NCBI GenBank assembly: GCA_963804735.1
Contig: CAWDRO010000014.1
Coordinates: forward strand, 110,252 to 174,251
Origin: an uncultured Acidobacteriaceae bacterium
GTDB taxonomy: Bacteria; Acidobacteriota; Terriglobia; Terriglobales; Acidobacteriaceae
DNA length: 64,000 nucleotides
Reading direction: 5' to 3'
The notes beneath the pieces were generated by a model. It ran no database searches and was not told where the DNA came from. It saw only the letters and a list, made by a program, of their open reading frames with translations. Numbering within the stretch: position 1 is the first letter of the stretch; each line of letters begins with the position of its first letter. The position numbers and the translations under genes were made by a program. Below, piece by piece: positions 20,034 through 29,902 of this stretch.

Positions 20034-21449
20034 ATGGCTAATCAGGAGAAGGTGCTGATCGTTGAAGACGAGCCCCACGCCCTGACCGGCCTGGCCGAAC
20101 TCGTCTCCGGCTGGGGCTATCGCACCGAGACCGCCCGCGACGGCGTCGAGGCGCTCGAAAAAAACCAGTCCTGGTCACCCGGAATCGTGGTCACCGACCT
20201 GAAGATGCCGCGCATGGATGGCATTGAACTCCTGACCCGGCTAGGAGAGCTGAAGCAAAACCAGGCGGTCATTGTGCTCACCGCCCAGGGCAGCATCCAG
20301 CGCGCCGTCGAGGCCATGAAGATGGGTGCTTACGATTTCATTCAAAAGCCGGTGGATGCGGCACGGCTGCGAAACATCCTCGCCAATGCCTCCCGGCAGC
20401 GCGACACCGAACGCGAACTCGAAGTCACCCGGCGAAAACTCCGCGATACAGGGCTGCTGGGCTCAATGGTCGGCGCGTCGAAGAAAATGCAGCAGACCTT
20501 CGCCATGATCGAGCGGGTCGCCCCCAGCAACGTCTCGGTGCTGATTACCGGCGAGAGTGGCACCGGCAAAGAACTCGTCGCTCGCACCCTGCATGAGCTC
20601 AGTCCCCGCAAGCCGAAACCTTTTGTCGCGGTCAACTGCGCCGCTATCCCCGAGACCCTGATCGAGAGCGAGATCTTTGGCCACGAACGAGGCTCCTTCA
20701 CCGGCGCCGTCGAGCGCCGCGCCGGCTGTTTTGAGCTGGCCGAGGAAGGGACGCTGTTGCTCGACGAGATCGGCGAGATGCCGATTGCGACCCAGGCAAA
20801 ACTGCTGCGCGTGCTGGAAGAGCGCAAACTGCGTCGGCTGGGCAGCAAGATCGAAAACGACATCGATGTGCGCGTGCTGGCGGCGACCAACAAGGATCCG
20901 GAGCACGCGGTGGCCGGCGGCCAGCTGCGCGGCGACCTGTATTACCGCCTGAACGTCTTCAACATCCACATGCCACCGCTGCGCGAACACAAAGAGGACA
21001 TTCCCCCGATCACCGAAGCGATCCTCCGCGACATGAACCTGAAACACGAGCGCCGCGTGACTGGGGTCGATGACGAGATGCTATCGCGGCTGCTCGCCTA
21101 CGACTGGCCGGGCAATGTCAGGGAGCTGCGTAACACGATCGAGCGGGCGGTGATCCTCTGCGGCGAGGGGTACCTGAGCGCCCGTGATCTTCCACCCGGC
21201 TTTGGCAGCCGCTCTGTACTCACCCCCCCCGAGCCTTCGCCGAATGCTGTCCAGGTCGAAGTGGGGACCACCGTGGACGAAGCCGAGAGACGCCTCATTC
21301 TCAAAACTCTGGAATCGACTCAGAACAACAAAACACGGGCCGCGGAGATCCTCGGCATCAGCCTGAAAACGATGCACAACAAGCTCAAGGAGTACGGGGC
21401 CGCCAGCGCGGCCGGCGGCTTAGGCGGCAGTGACGCTCCTGAAGAATAG
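20034..21449 (+). CDS. Sigma54-dependent response regulator (NtrC family)
   Basis: Receiver domain (VEDE, TDLKMP); AAA+ GESGTGKE and GSFTGA; C-terminal Fis-type HTH NKTRAAEILGIS. Confidence 0.95.
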   Translation: MANQEKVLIVEDEPHALTGLAELVSGWGYRTETARDGVEALEKNQSWSPGIVVTDLKMPRMDGIELLTRLGELKQNQAVIVLTAQGSIQRAVEAMKMGAYDFIQKPVDAARLRNILANASRQRDTERELEVTRRKLRDTGLLGSMVGASKKMQQTFAMIERVAPSNVSVLITGESGTGKELVARTLHELSPRKPKPFVAVNCAAIPETLIESEIFGHERGSFTGAVERRAGCFELAEEGTLLLDEIGEMPIATQAKLLRVLEERKLRRLGSKIENDIDVRVLAATNKDPEHAVAGGQLRGDLYYRLNVFNIHMPPLREHKEDIPPITEAILRDMNLKHERRVTGVDDEMLSRLLAYDWPGNVRELRNTIERAVILCGEGYLSARDLPPGFGSRSVLTPPEPSPNAVQVEVGTTVDEAERRLILKTLESTQNNKTRAAEILGISLKTMHNKLKEYGAASAAGGLGGSDAPEE

Positions 21450-21585
21450 TTCGCACGGCGAAGTAGCGCCGATATGAGCGATAATTATTCCGTCCCCTCG
21501 GAAATTGCTGCGTACTCAGTAAATTATCCCGTTACAAATCGGGCAAACCCGTGTCAACTGTTGTGGAAAGGCCAGGACAACCCGT

Positions 21586-23496
21586 ATGCGGCTGAAGACC
21601 AAACTCGTCGTCGCCATCACCGGACTGGTCTTTGTCCTGGTTACCGTCCTGTCCGCGCTTTACCTCAGCCAGCTCCTCCGCCAGCAGGTTGAGCAGGCCT
21701 ATTCGTCGAATGACGTCCTCGCCCATCAGATACTCTTTGCTACCCGTACCGCGGTAGACGCGGGAGTTAGGAATCATCCTGTCGATGCGAAAAACCCCGC
21801 CGCATTGCGAGAGGCCGTTGCCACCGCTCTGCGGGAAGATCAGGGACTGGCGACGCTGCTCAACACGGTCATTCGTTACTCGCCTACGGTCTTTGACATC
21901 TCCATCGCCGATTGGAACGGACGCGCGGTAATCAGCACCGACGTCGGTCAGCAGGATCAGCCTGTGCCGCCGCGTCCTGATTTCGCCGATATCCGCAACG
22001 GGGGCATGCTGCATCTGCTCAAACAAATCTTCGGCGAGCCTCGGGTCTACAACGTCTCCCTCGACCTGCAACGCGATGAACAGCCCTTCCTTACTGTGCG
22101 GGTTGGAGTTAGCAGAGGCTTCCTGAGCCACGACTTTCAGCCGCGACTGTTGGAGGCTGTGACCTACTCCTGTATCGCGATCGCTGGAGCGTTGCTGGTC
22201 TCCGCCTTCCTGGCCAACCTTGCCCTGCAGCCGCTGGCCCAGATCAGCGAGCGTCTCGACGCCTTCACGCAGGCCGAAACCGCCGGCGAACTCGAGTCCG
22301 ATACCTCCGACGACGCCGTCGTGCAGGTCTCGTACAAGATCGAGCGTCTCGGCCGCCGCATGCGCAACGTGGAGGAAGTTTTCTCCGCGCTGAAAGAAAA
22401 CCTCGACCAGATCATGACCAATCTGGAAGATGGCATCTTGCTCTTTACCCGCGATGCCCGCGCCGTGCTGGTCAGTGACTCCGTGGAACGCTTTCTTGGC
22501 CTTCGCCGCAGCCAGGTTCTCGGCACCGAGCTTCACGAGATCTTCGATCGGACCACGCGGCTGGGTTCGACCGTTCGCGATGCCTTCGACGCCGGGGTTT
22601 CCATCGTTCAGGAGGAAATCACTACCGAAACCGGCCGGCGGGTGCAGATTTCCCTTGATTTTATTCATGACGATCACGACAGTGACCGTCGTCAGACTCT
22701 CGGCGCCCTGCTCACTTTGCACGATCTTGAGTCGGTACGCGAGATCGAGAGCGAGCTCGAACTCTCGCGCCGTCTCGCGGCCATCGGGAGGCTCACCGCC
22801 GGGGTCGGCCACGAGGTCAAGAACCCCATCAACGCCATCGTCGTGCACCTGGAGTTGCTCCGCAACAAGCTCGACGGCTACGACGAACGCGCTCTGCGTC
22901 ACCTGGATATCATTCAGAGCGAAATTCAGCGTCTCGACCGGGTCGTGCAGACCCTCGTGGACTTCTCCCGTCCGGTTGAGCTGCAGCTCGAGGAACAGGA
23001 CCTGAGGAGTGTCGTCTCCAGCGTCCTGATGCTGGCCTCGGCGGAACTGGAGACCCGAAGCGTCCGGGTCTCCAGCCTGCTGCCGCAGAATCCAGTGATG
23101 GCCAATATCGACTCCGACCTGATGAAGCAGGCGTTGCTCAATGTGGTGTTGAACGGCGGCCAGGCGATGGCCGACGGGGGTGTACTCGAGGTCCGGCTCC
23201 ACGCCGACGCGCGAATGGCCAACATTACCGTCCGCGACGAGGGTGAGGGAATCCCCGAGGACGTGCGGCCCAGGATTTTCGACCTTTATTTCACTACAAA
23301 ACGAGAGGGCAGCGGCATAGGTTTGGCCATGACTTATCGCATTTTGCAACTACACAATGGGGAGGTTGACGTACAATCACAACCGGGGAAAGGTACAACT
23401 TTTGTGTTACGCCTTCCCCTATCTGCTACCAGCGACGTACGACTGCGTAACTCTCTGCCGCCGGGCACGGCGCTCTTAAAGGAGCCGCGAGGATGA
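21586..23496 (+). CDS. Membrane sensor histidine kinase (periplasmic domain, PAS, HisKA, HATPase)
   Basis: Two TM helices; H-box GHEVKNPINA; N-box LLNVVLNG; D.G.GI, FTTK and GSGIGL. Confidence 0.93.
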   Translation: MRLKTKLVVAITGLVFVLVTVLSALYLSQLLRQQVEQAYSSNDVLAHQILFATRTAVDAGVRNHPVDAKNPAALREAVATALREDQGLATLLNTVIRYSPTVFDISIADWNGRAVISTDVGQQDQPVPPRPDFADIRNGGMLHLLKQIFGEPRVYNVSLDLQRDEQPFLTVRVGVSRGFLSHDFQPRLLEAVTYSCIAIAGALLVSAFLANLALQPLAQISERLDAFTQAETAGELESDTSDDAVVQVSYKIERLGRRMRNVEEVFSALKENLDQIMTNLEDGILLFTRDARAVLVSDSVERFLGLRRSQVLGTELHEIFDRTTRLGSTVRDAFDAGVSIVQEEITTETGRRVQISLDFIHDDHDSDRRQTLGALLTLHDLESVREIESELELSRRLAAIGRLTAGVGHEVKNPINAIVVHLELLRNKLDGYDERALRHLDIIQSEIQRLDRVVQTLVDFSRPVELQLEEQDLRSVVSSVLMLASAELETRSVRVSSLLPQNPVMANIDSDLMKQALLNVVLNGGQAMADGGVLEVRLHADARMANITVRDEGEGIPEDVRPRIFDLYFTTKREGSGIGLAMTYRILQLHNGEVDVQSQPGKGTTFVLRLPLSATSDVRLRNSLPPGTALLKEPRG

Positions 23497-24182
23497 ACTC
23501 CGCGAGCAAGCACGCGGTGACTGCGCTACTTGTTTTATTCGCAACAGGTTGCGCCCCGAAGAATGCGAAGACCGCTCCACCCGCTCAGGCGCAGGCCCCG
23601 GCAATTCCAGCGGCCGGCAAAGCTGGAGCCATGTATCCGCCGCCGCTGACTGAATCCCAGACTCAGACCGAGCCGGCCACGCCCGCCCCTGCGCCCGAGG
23701 TCGCAAAGACGGAGCCTGCGCCCGCCCCGCCACCGACGCCACCGCCAAGCACCAAGAAGACCACCTCCCACAAGCCGAAGCCCTCGGCCGCCAAACCGGC
23801 CGGCACGGACTCTGGGTTGACGACAACTGCCAGTTCGGAAGTGGCCTCCTCATCGTCAGGCGCTGCCGCCACCCCCGGCGACTCCACCGAGGTCGCCGCC
23901 AATGCCGAGCCCACGGCGGCCTCGCCTATCGGCGAGCTGACCCCCGCAGATACCCCCGAACAAGCCCAAAAAGGCAAGGACACCGGCGACCTGATCAATA
24001 AGACAGAAGACGGCCTGAACTCCATCAAGCGCCCGCTCAGTACTCAGGAGCAGGAAACCGTCAATCAGATCAAAGCATTTCTCACCAAAGCCAAAACGGC
24101 CCTCACCAACCAGGATTTCGACGGAGCCTACGTCCTCGCCACCAAAGCAAAGGTGCTGCTCGACGAGTTGAACAAGACCTAG
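23493..24182 (+). CDS. Pro/Ala-rich hypothetical lipoprotein
   Basis: Lipobox FATGC; start overlaps the kinase stop (ATGA); helical C-terminal domain. Confidence 0.7.
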   Translation: MNSASKHAVTALLVLFATGCAPKNAKTAPPAQAQAPAIPAAGKAGAMYPPPLTESQTQTEPATPAPAPEVAKTEPAPAPPPTPPPSTKKTTSHKPKPSAAKPAGTDSGLTTTASSEVASSSSGAAATPGDSTEVAANAEPTAASPIGELTPADTPEQAQKGKDTGDLINKTEDGLNSIKRPLSTQEQETVNQIKAFLTKAKTALTNQDFDGAYVLATKAKVLLDELNKT

Positions 24183-24272
24183 TTAGAGGGCTGGGGAATG
24201 GGGACGAGGGACTAGAGAACAGAAGTTCCTAAGTCGCTAATCCCTAGTCTCTACTCCCTAAGTCCTTAGCGA

Positions 24273-25130
24273 CTACCTCTCTCCCCACTTGAGCTTGGCG
24301 CGCAGAACGTCGAAAAACGCCGGAGGCTTCATCCGCACCAGCGTGACGCTGTATCGGGAGCGCCGGCAATCCAACTGATCGCCGACCAGCAACTGGACCG
24401 CCTCCTGGCCGTCCACGGTGAGATAAGTCTGATCGGGGATGCCCTCCACGCTGACCGTCACCACCGCGTCTCCGCGCACGACCATCGGGCGCAGGGTTAG
24501 CAGGTGGGGGCAGATCGGATTAATCACCAACGCGTCGACATCTGGAGCCAGGATCGGCCCCGCCGCCGCCAGTGAATAGGCCGTTGAACCGGTGGGCGTC
24601 GCCACAATCACGCCGTCGGCGCGGAAGGCCGCCGCCAGCTGACCATTTAGCTTCACCATAAAGTCGCCCATCCGGGCGATCGCCCCCTTTGAAACGACGA
24701 TGTCGTTGAGCGCTTCGTACTCGCACTGTACCTTGCCGTCGCGCACGAGATCGACATGCAGCATCGCCCGCGAGTCGGTCGTCGAGCAGTTTTCGCACCA
24801 GGCGTCGAGCGTAGGATACAAATCCGCCAGCCGCACCTCGGTCAGAAATCCGAGCGAGCCCAGGTTGACGCTCAACAACGGGACACCCGACTTGGACAGT
24901 GCTCGCGCCGCCGACAGCAGCGTACCGTCGCCGCCCAGGACGATCGCCAGCTCCGGCGAAAGCCCCGGCATCTCGTTGCGGGCCACCACCGGGGCATCGT
25001 GGGTGTAATTGCCGCTCACCGGATCCAGTACCGGGTTCAGCCCATGCGCCCGCATCCAGAGAATCAGCTCCGGAATCAGCGTGGCCAGCTCTTCCTTCTG
25101 CGGCTTGGAGAGGATCACGACGGTTCTCAT
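24273..25130 (-). CDS. nadK: NAD(+) kinase
   Basis: GGDGT, GSLGFL, NDIV and DG...TPTGSTAYSL motifs. Confidence 0.95.
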   Translation of the reverse strand: MRTVVILSKPQKEELATLIPELILWMRAHGLNPVLDPVSGNYTHDAPVVARNEMPGLSPELAIVLGGDGTLLSAARALSKSGVPLLSVNLGSLGFLTEVRLADLYPTLDAWCENCSTTDSRAMLHVDLVRDGKVQCEYEALNDIVVSKGAIARMGDFMVKLNGQLAAAFRADGVIVATPTGSTAYSLAAAGPILAPDVDALVINPICPHLLTLRPMVVRGDAVVTVSVEGIPDQTYLTVDGQEAVQLLVGDQLDCRRSRYSVTLVRMKPPAFFDVLRAKLKWGER

Positions 25131-25233
25131 GAGCTTCCAGTGTACTGAAGGGAGATTAATACGGCAGGCAACGTTGATTCGGCGCACCGCACTCTTAGCC
25201 GGACGGTTGACTTACCGCGCTACCCATATTTAG

Positions 25234-25603
25234 TCTAGGCATCGAGGTACATACCCTGAGCGCGAACTCGATCGCCGCGATCTCTTTCCCGGCGCACTTG
25301 AATTGATGATCCTGCGGTCGCTGTCTTTCGAGCTGCTCCACGGTTACGCCCTCGCTACGCGCATTCAGCAGCGCTCGCGCGATTTGCTTCAGGTGGAGGA
25401 GGGTTCGCTCTACCCGGCGTTGCAGCGGCTGCTCAAAGCCGGGGCTGGTGGAGGCGAAATGGCAGACCTCGGCAACCAATCGCCGTGTCCGCACCTACTC
25501 CCTCACCCGGAGGGGACAAAAGCATCTCGCCGACGAAACGGCGCGCTTCGACCAGATGGTGGAAGGAATTCAACTCGTGCTTGCCCCGGAGTTAAAGGCC
25601 TAA
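25234..25603 (+). pseudogene. padR: PadR family regulator (acidobacterial type) with a +1 frameshift at 25441-25444
   Basis: LELMILRSL..LHGYALATRIQQRSRDLLQVEEGSLYPALQRLLKAG continues in the next frame as LVEAKWQTSATNRRVRTYSLTRRGQKHL...LVLAPELKA* (TAA 25601). No ATG at the expected 5' position: TAG at 25231 precedes TCT AGG CAT. Confidence 0.85.
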
Positions 25604-25640
25604 CGATTCGCAGGTCTGAACAATCTTTTGGAGGTTTCCA

Positions 25641-28397
25641 ATGTCGTGGCTTCGTAACTTTTTCTTCCGGAACCGCTTTCGCGCCGAACTCGACGAAGAG
25701 ATTCGCCAGCACATCGCCGAGCGGACCGAAGCACTGATTGCCACAGGCATGGAACCGGAAAAGGCCGCCAAGCAGGCTCGTCGGGCAATGGGCAATGTGA
25801 CTCTGAGTGCGGAACGCAGCGTCGAAGTTTGGCAGTGGCGTTGGATCGAGTCGCTCTGGGCCGACATACTTTACGCGGCCCGCATCCTGCGCAAGAGCGC
25901 CGCCTTTACCGCGATTGCAGTCGCTTCCCTCGCCTTCGCCATCGGCGCCAATACCACCATCTTCTCCTATGCCAACCAGATGCTCTTCGTTCGCCTGGGC
26001 GTTCCGCATCCGGAGCAGCTTCGGATCTTCAGGCTGACCGGCGACAACCATCTCGCGATTCGCGGGCTTGTAGGCAATGACGCCTATCGCGAAAACGGCA
26101 CCTTCCACCTCGGGCCCTTCCCTTACCTCGCCTATCGCCAGCTCCGCCAGCAGAATCATGTTGTCCAGGACATCGTCGCCTTCATGCAGATCCCCGACGT
26201 TGACATTACCGCCGCTGGCGCGCCGGAGGTAGGCAGGGCGCAGCTTGTCTCTGGAAACTTCTACACCCAGATGCAGGTGAAGCCGCAGATAGGCCGGCCC
26301 ATCGAGCCCGGCGATGATGGCGCCCCGGGCACAGGCGCTGTCGCCGTCATCAGCGATAGCTTCTGGCATCGCGAATTCGGCGGAGCGCATGATGTAGTGG
26401 GCAGGACCATCCGCGTGAACCTGACGCCCGTCACCATCGTTGGCGTCAACCCGCCCAGTTTTCGCGGTACCGTTGACGCCGATACTTCAGCTCCTGAAGT
26501 GTTTCTGCCATTGTCCATGATATTTGCGCTCGCACCTGGGCCTGTTAGCCAAAATCCCTTGATGAACCCCAATAACTTCAGCGTTCAATTGATGGCCCGA
26601 ACGAGCTCCGGAGTTTCGGATGTCACCGCCCAGGCGGCGCTCGATGCGGCGTTCAACGCTGCCTTTCGCGGCACGGCAATCATGAACAAGGGCGAAACCG
26701 TTCCCCGGCTCTCGCTCGAGGACGGAAGCCGCGGCATCACCTCCGGCATAACCTATCTCTTAAAGCCGCTCTACGTGCTGCTTTCGCTTGCCGGGCTCGT
26801 ACTTCTGCTCGCCTGCGCGAACATCGCCAACCTGATGCTGGCGCGCGCTTCCTTCCGCCAGCGCGAAATGAGCGTGCGCATGGCGCTCGGAGCGGGCAAG
26901 GCGCGCATCCTCCGGCAAGTCCTTACCGAAAACCTGCTGCTTTCGGCGATGAGTGGCGTTGCCGGTCTTATCTTGGGCTACTTCAGCCGCAATCTAATTC
27001 CTCTGCTGATGCAAACTGGCTGGGACGGCGGCGAGATGCCCGTCACGTTCGACTGGCGGGTCTTCGGCTTCACCTGCGCCGCAACGCTCATCACTGGCAT
27101 AGCCTTTGGCATCGCTCCCGCGTGGCGTTCGACTCGCGCCGAGATCAACACCGCGCTCAAAGAGGGGGCGCAAACATCCACCAGGCGGCGCAAAGCTTGG
27201 TCGGGCAAGGCGATCGTCGGTTTTCAGGTCGCACTCTCAACCCTGTTGGTCATCGCCGCCGTTTTCTTTCTACGAACGCTCTTCAATCTCAACTCTGTCA
27301 ACCCCGGCTATCGAACCAGGAATCTGCTACTGGTAGACATTACGCCGCCACGGACAGGACCACATGGCTCTCAGCCTTCTACCCTGCATAGCCGCGTGGC
27401 GGACGCCTTCGCGGCAGTGCCCGGTGTCCGGGAGGTCACCTACATCAACCACCCCCTTGGCGCGGACTCCCCGTACATATCTCAGTTCCAAGTCGAGGGC
27501 GATATCAAGGACCTCGCGGCCAATCGCGACTTCCGGGGCCGCGAAGACCGGTTTGCGACGTACTCCAATGTTGCACCAAACTTCTTTTCAGCCATGTCCA
27601 TCCCGATCCTGTCAGGCCGCGGATTCACTGCGGAGGACACGGAAAATTCCATTCCGGTTGCGATCGTCAATCAGACCCTGGCGAGGAAGTTCTTTCCCAA
27701 CACCAATCCCATCGGCAAACGCTTCTTCCGGAGCGTAGGCGACAAGCCCAATCGCTTGCTGGAGATCGTCGGCGTCTGCGCCGACATTCGCTATGGCGAT
27801 ACGCGGCAGCCAACCCCACCTGTGCACTTCGATCTTGACTCGCAGGCTCCTGGCTTCAGCAGCATAACCTACATCGTGCGTTCCGAGCTGCCGCCTAACG
27901 CCTTGGTACCGTCGCTCCGCCGCGCCCTACAGCACGTCGATCCCGACCTTCCCCTCAACCACGTCCGCACCCAACAGCAACAAATCGCCGCCAGCATGCA
28001 GCAGGAGCGCATGTTCGCGTCGCTCAGCGCCGGATTCGGCGTTCTTGCCCTGGCGCTCGCCTGCGTCGGCATCTACGGCATCATGGCCTACACCGTCTCG
28101 CAGCGCACCAACGAGATCGGCATACGTTTCGCACTGGGCGCGGCCCGCGGCCAAATCCGCGCGATGGTGCTCCGCGAGGCCGCATGGCTTGCCGTCGCGG
28201 GCTTGGCCATTGGCCTCGGAGCAGCAATCTTTCTCATGCGACTGGTGCAATCGATGCTCTACGGATTGAAGCCGGGCGACCCACTCAGCCTCGTTGCTTC
28301 CGCATTGCTGCTACTGGCGATGGCGCTGATCGCTGGTTGGATACCCGCTGCGCGCGCCGCAAAAGTAGAACCGATGGAAGCATTGCGACACGACTGA
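25641..28397 (+). CDS. ADOP (acidobacterial duplicated orphan permease) / MacB-like ABC permease
   Basis: LA..IGANTTIFS, LACANIANL.LAR...R..E..VR.ALGA duplicated architecture; YTVSQRTNEIGIR. Confidence 0.92.
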   Translation: MSWLRNFFFRNRFRAELDEEIRQHIAERTEALIATGMEPEKAAKQARRAMGNVTLSAERSVEVWQWRWIESLWADILYAARILRKSAAFTAIAVASLAFAIGANTTIFSYANQMLFVRLGVPHPEQLRIFRLTGDNHLAIRGLVGNDAYRENGTFHLGPFPYLAYRQLRQQNHVVQDIVAFMQIPDVDITAAGAPEVGRAQLVSGNFYTQMQVKPQIGRPIEPGDDGAPGTGAVAVISDSFWHREFGGAHDVVGRTIRVNLTPVTIVGVNPPSFRGTVDADTSAPEVFLPLSMIFALAPGPVSQNPLMNPNNFSVQLMARTSSGVSDVTAQAALDAAFNAAFRGTAIMNKGETVPRLSLEDGSRGITSGITYLLKPLYVLLSLAGLVLLLACANIANLMLARASFRQREMSVRMALGAGKARILRQVLTENLLLSAMSGVAGLILGYFSRNLIPLLMQTGWDGGEMPVTFDWRVFGFTCAATLITGIAFGIAPAWRSTRAEINTALKEGAQTSTRRRKAWSGKAIVGFQVALSTLLVIAAVFFLRTLFNLNSVNPGYRTRNLLLVDITPPRTGPHGSQPSTLHSRVADAFAAVPGVREVTYINHPLGADSPYISQFQVEGDIKDLAANRDFRGREDRFATYSNVAPNFFSAMSIPILSGRGFTAEDTENSIPVAIVNQTLARKFFPNTNPIGKRFFRSVGDKPNRLLEIVGVCADIRYGDTRQPTPPVHFDLDSQAPGFSSITYIVRSELPPNALVPSLRRALQHVDPDLPLNHVRTQQQQIAASMQQERMFASLSAGFGVLALALACVGIYGIMAYTVSQRTNEIGIRFALGAARGQIRAMVLREAAWLAVAGLAIGLGAAIFLMRLVQSMLYGLKPGDPLSLVASALLLLAMALIAGWIPAARAAKVEPMEALRHD

Positions 28398-28403
28398 CGA
28401 AAT

Positions 28404-29135
28404 TCACCACCGCGCATGCATCAGAAACTCCTTATTCCCCTCCGCACCCAAAATCGGAGAATCGGTCACATCAATCTCACATCCGCCAAGCTCAACGACG
28501 CACCCTCGGACCCGATCAATCGCCACCTGATGCCCCAAGGGATCGCGAACAATCCCACCTTTGCCGACATACTCTCGCCCTGCATCGAACTGCGGCTTGA
28601 CTAGCACAACCACTTCCCCAAGCGACCCGCCAATCGCCGCAATCACCGCCGGCAGCACCAGAGTCGCCGAGATAAACGAGACATCCATCGCAAGAAACGA
28701 AATCCCCTCCGGCAAATCCCCCGGCTTGAGCAACCGCGCATTCGTTCGCTCCATCAGCGACACTCGAGCGTCCGAACGCAGACTCTGCGCGATCTGCCCA
28801 TAGCCGGTATCGATCGCCAGCACCCGCGCCGCTCCGTGCTGCAACATGCAGTCGGTGAAACCGCCGGTCGAAGCGCCAACATCCACGCAGAATCTTGCCG
28901 CAAGCTCGATCTGCCAATGCTTCAGCGCGGCCTCGAGCTTCAGCCCTCCGCGCCCCACGTAGCGCGGATCGTCGCCAAGCAGGCGAAAGACCGCGTCTTC
29001 GGCAATCGCGGTTCCCGGCTTGTCAACCTTTTGCTCGTTCACCAGCACGCGCCCGGCGACCACCATCGCCTGCGCGCGTTCCCGCGTCGGGGCCAGTCCT
29101 CGCTCCACAAGCAATTTGTCGAGCCGTGTTTTCAT
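28404..29135 (-). CDS. tlyA: TlyA family rRNA (cytidine-2'-O)-methyltransferase
   Basis: S4 domain RLDKLLV; YVGRGGLKL, DVGASTGGFTD, DVSFIS, LVKPQF and GN.EFL motifs. Confidence 0.95.
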   Translation of the reverse strand: MKTRLDKLLVERGLAPTRERAQAMVVAGRVLVNEQKVDKPGTAIAEDAVFRLLGDDPRYVGRGGLKLEAALKHWQIELAARFCVDVGASTGGFTDCMLQHGAARVLAIDTGYGQIAQSLRSDARVSLMERTNARLLKPGDLPEGISFLAMDVSFISATLVLPAVIAAIGGSLGEVVVLVKPQFDAGREYVGKGGIVRDPLGHQVAIDRVRGCVVELGGCEIDVTDSPILGAEGNKEFLMHARW

Positions 29136-29245
29136 CCCGTCAGCACCGATCTTGATCTACGGCGTCAAGAGCAGCCGCGGATATGCTTAAATTACATGGT
29201 TCGCTCAGCGTCGCGAGCCGCCCGCATTCGGCGCTGACCTCCTAA

Positions 29246-29902
29246 ATGCCTGAAGAATCACAAAATCCGCCAGCCTCCCCGGAGCGTTCCTACAACAGCG
29301 AGCCATCGAAGGCCAGACTGCAGGCCGCCAAGGCAGCCGAGGACGCGGAGATGTTGTCTGGAGTTGAGCAAGGCGACCAGGCGGCGATGGGTCTGCTCTT
29401 CGATCGCTATTCGGGCATGGTGTATTCGGTCGCGCTGCGCGTGCTCAAAGATACCGGTCAGGCGGAAGATGTCATGCAGGAGATCTTCATCCAGATATGG
29501 AAGAAGCCGGGTGCATTTATTTCTGGCCGAGGTTCGCTGGGCGCATGGTTAGCTGTCGTTGCGCGAAATCGCGCGATTGACTCGCTGCGGCGTCGCCGGC
29601 CTACGGATTCGGTCGAGGATGTGGTGCTTGCCTCTTCCACCGATCTTGGCGCCGAGGCTGAGCGCAACACGCTGATGGAGAAGGTGCGCGGGTATATGCA
29701 GCAGCTTCCGCCCGAGCAACGGAAGTCGCTCGAGATGGCCTACTTCGAGGGGATGAGTCATTCGGAGATCGCCGAAAAAACCGGTGACCCGTTGGGCACG
29801 GTGAAGACGCGGATTCGGCTGGCGCTGATTACGCTGAGAAAGGCAATGCAAGGCAAGACAATCTCGAGTTCGGCTATTAAGGGAGAAGCAGTCCAACCGT
29901 GA
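29246..29902 (+). CDS. ECF RNA polymerase sigma factor (SigK-like)
   Basis: Region 2 AEDVMQEIF..IW and ARNRAID; region 4 AYFEGMSHSEIA...PLGTVKTRIR. Confidence 0.93.
   Translation: MPEESQNPPASPERSYNSEPSKARLQAAKAAEDAEMLSGVEQGDQAAMGLLFDRYSGMVYSVALRVLKDTGQAEDVMQEIFIQIWKKPGAFISGRGSLGAWLAVVARNRAIDSLRRRRPTDSVEDVVLASSTDLGAEAERNTLMEKVRGYMQQLPPEQRKSLEMAYFEGMSHSEIAEKTGDPLGTVKTRIRLALITLRKAMQGKTISSSAIKGEAVQP

Noticed and set aside
21532-23349. Long antisense ORFs (605 aa here; also 60169..61617, 8897..10102, 54899..55933 and others)
   Set aside because: They are shadow frames of well-supported genes in GC-rich DNA and carry no motifs.
24183-24277. Imperfect inverted and heptamer-like repeats between the convergent lipoprotein and nadK genes
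   Set aside because: Too degenerate to call; at most a weak bidirectional terminator.
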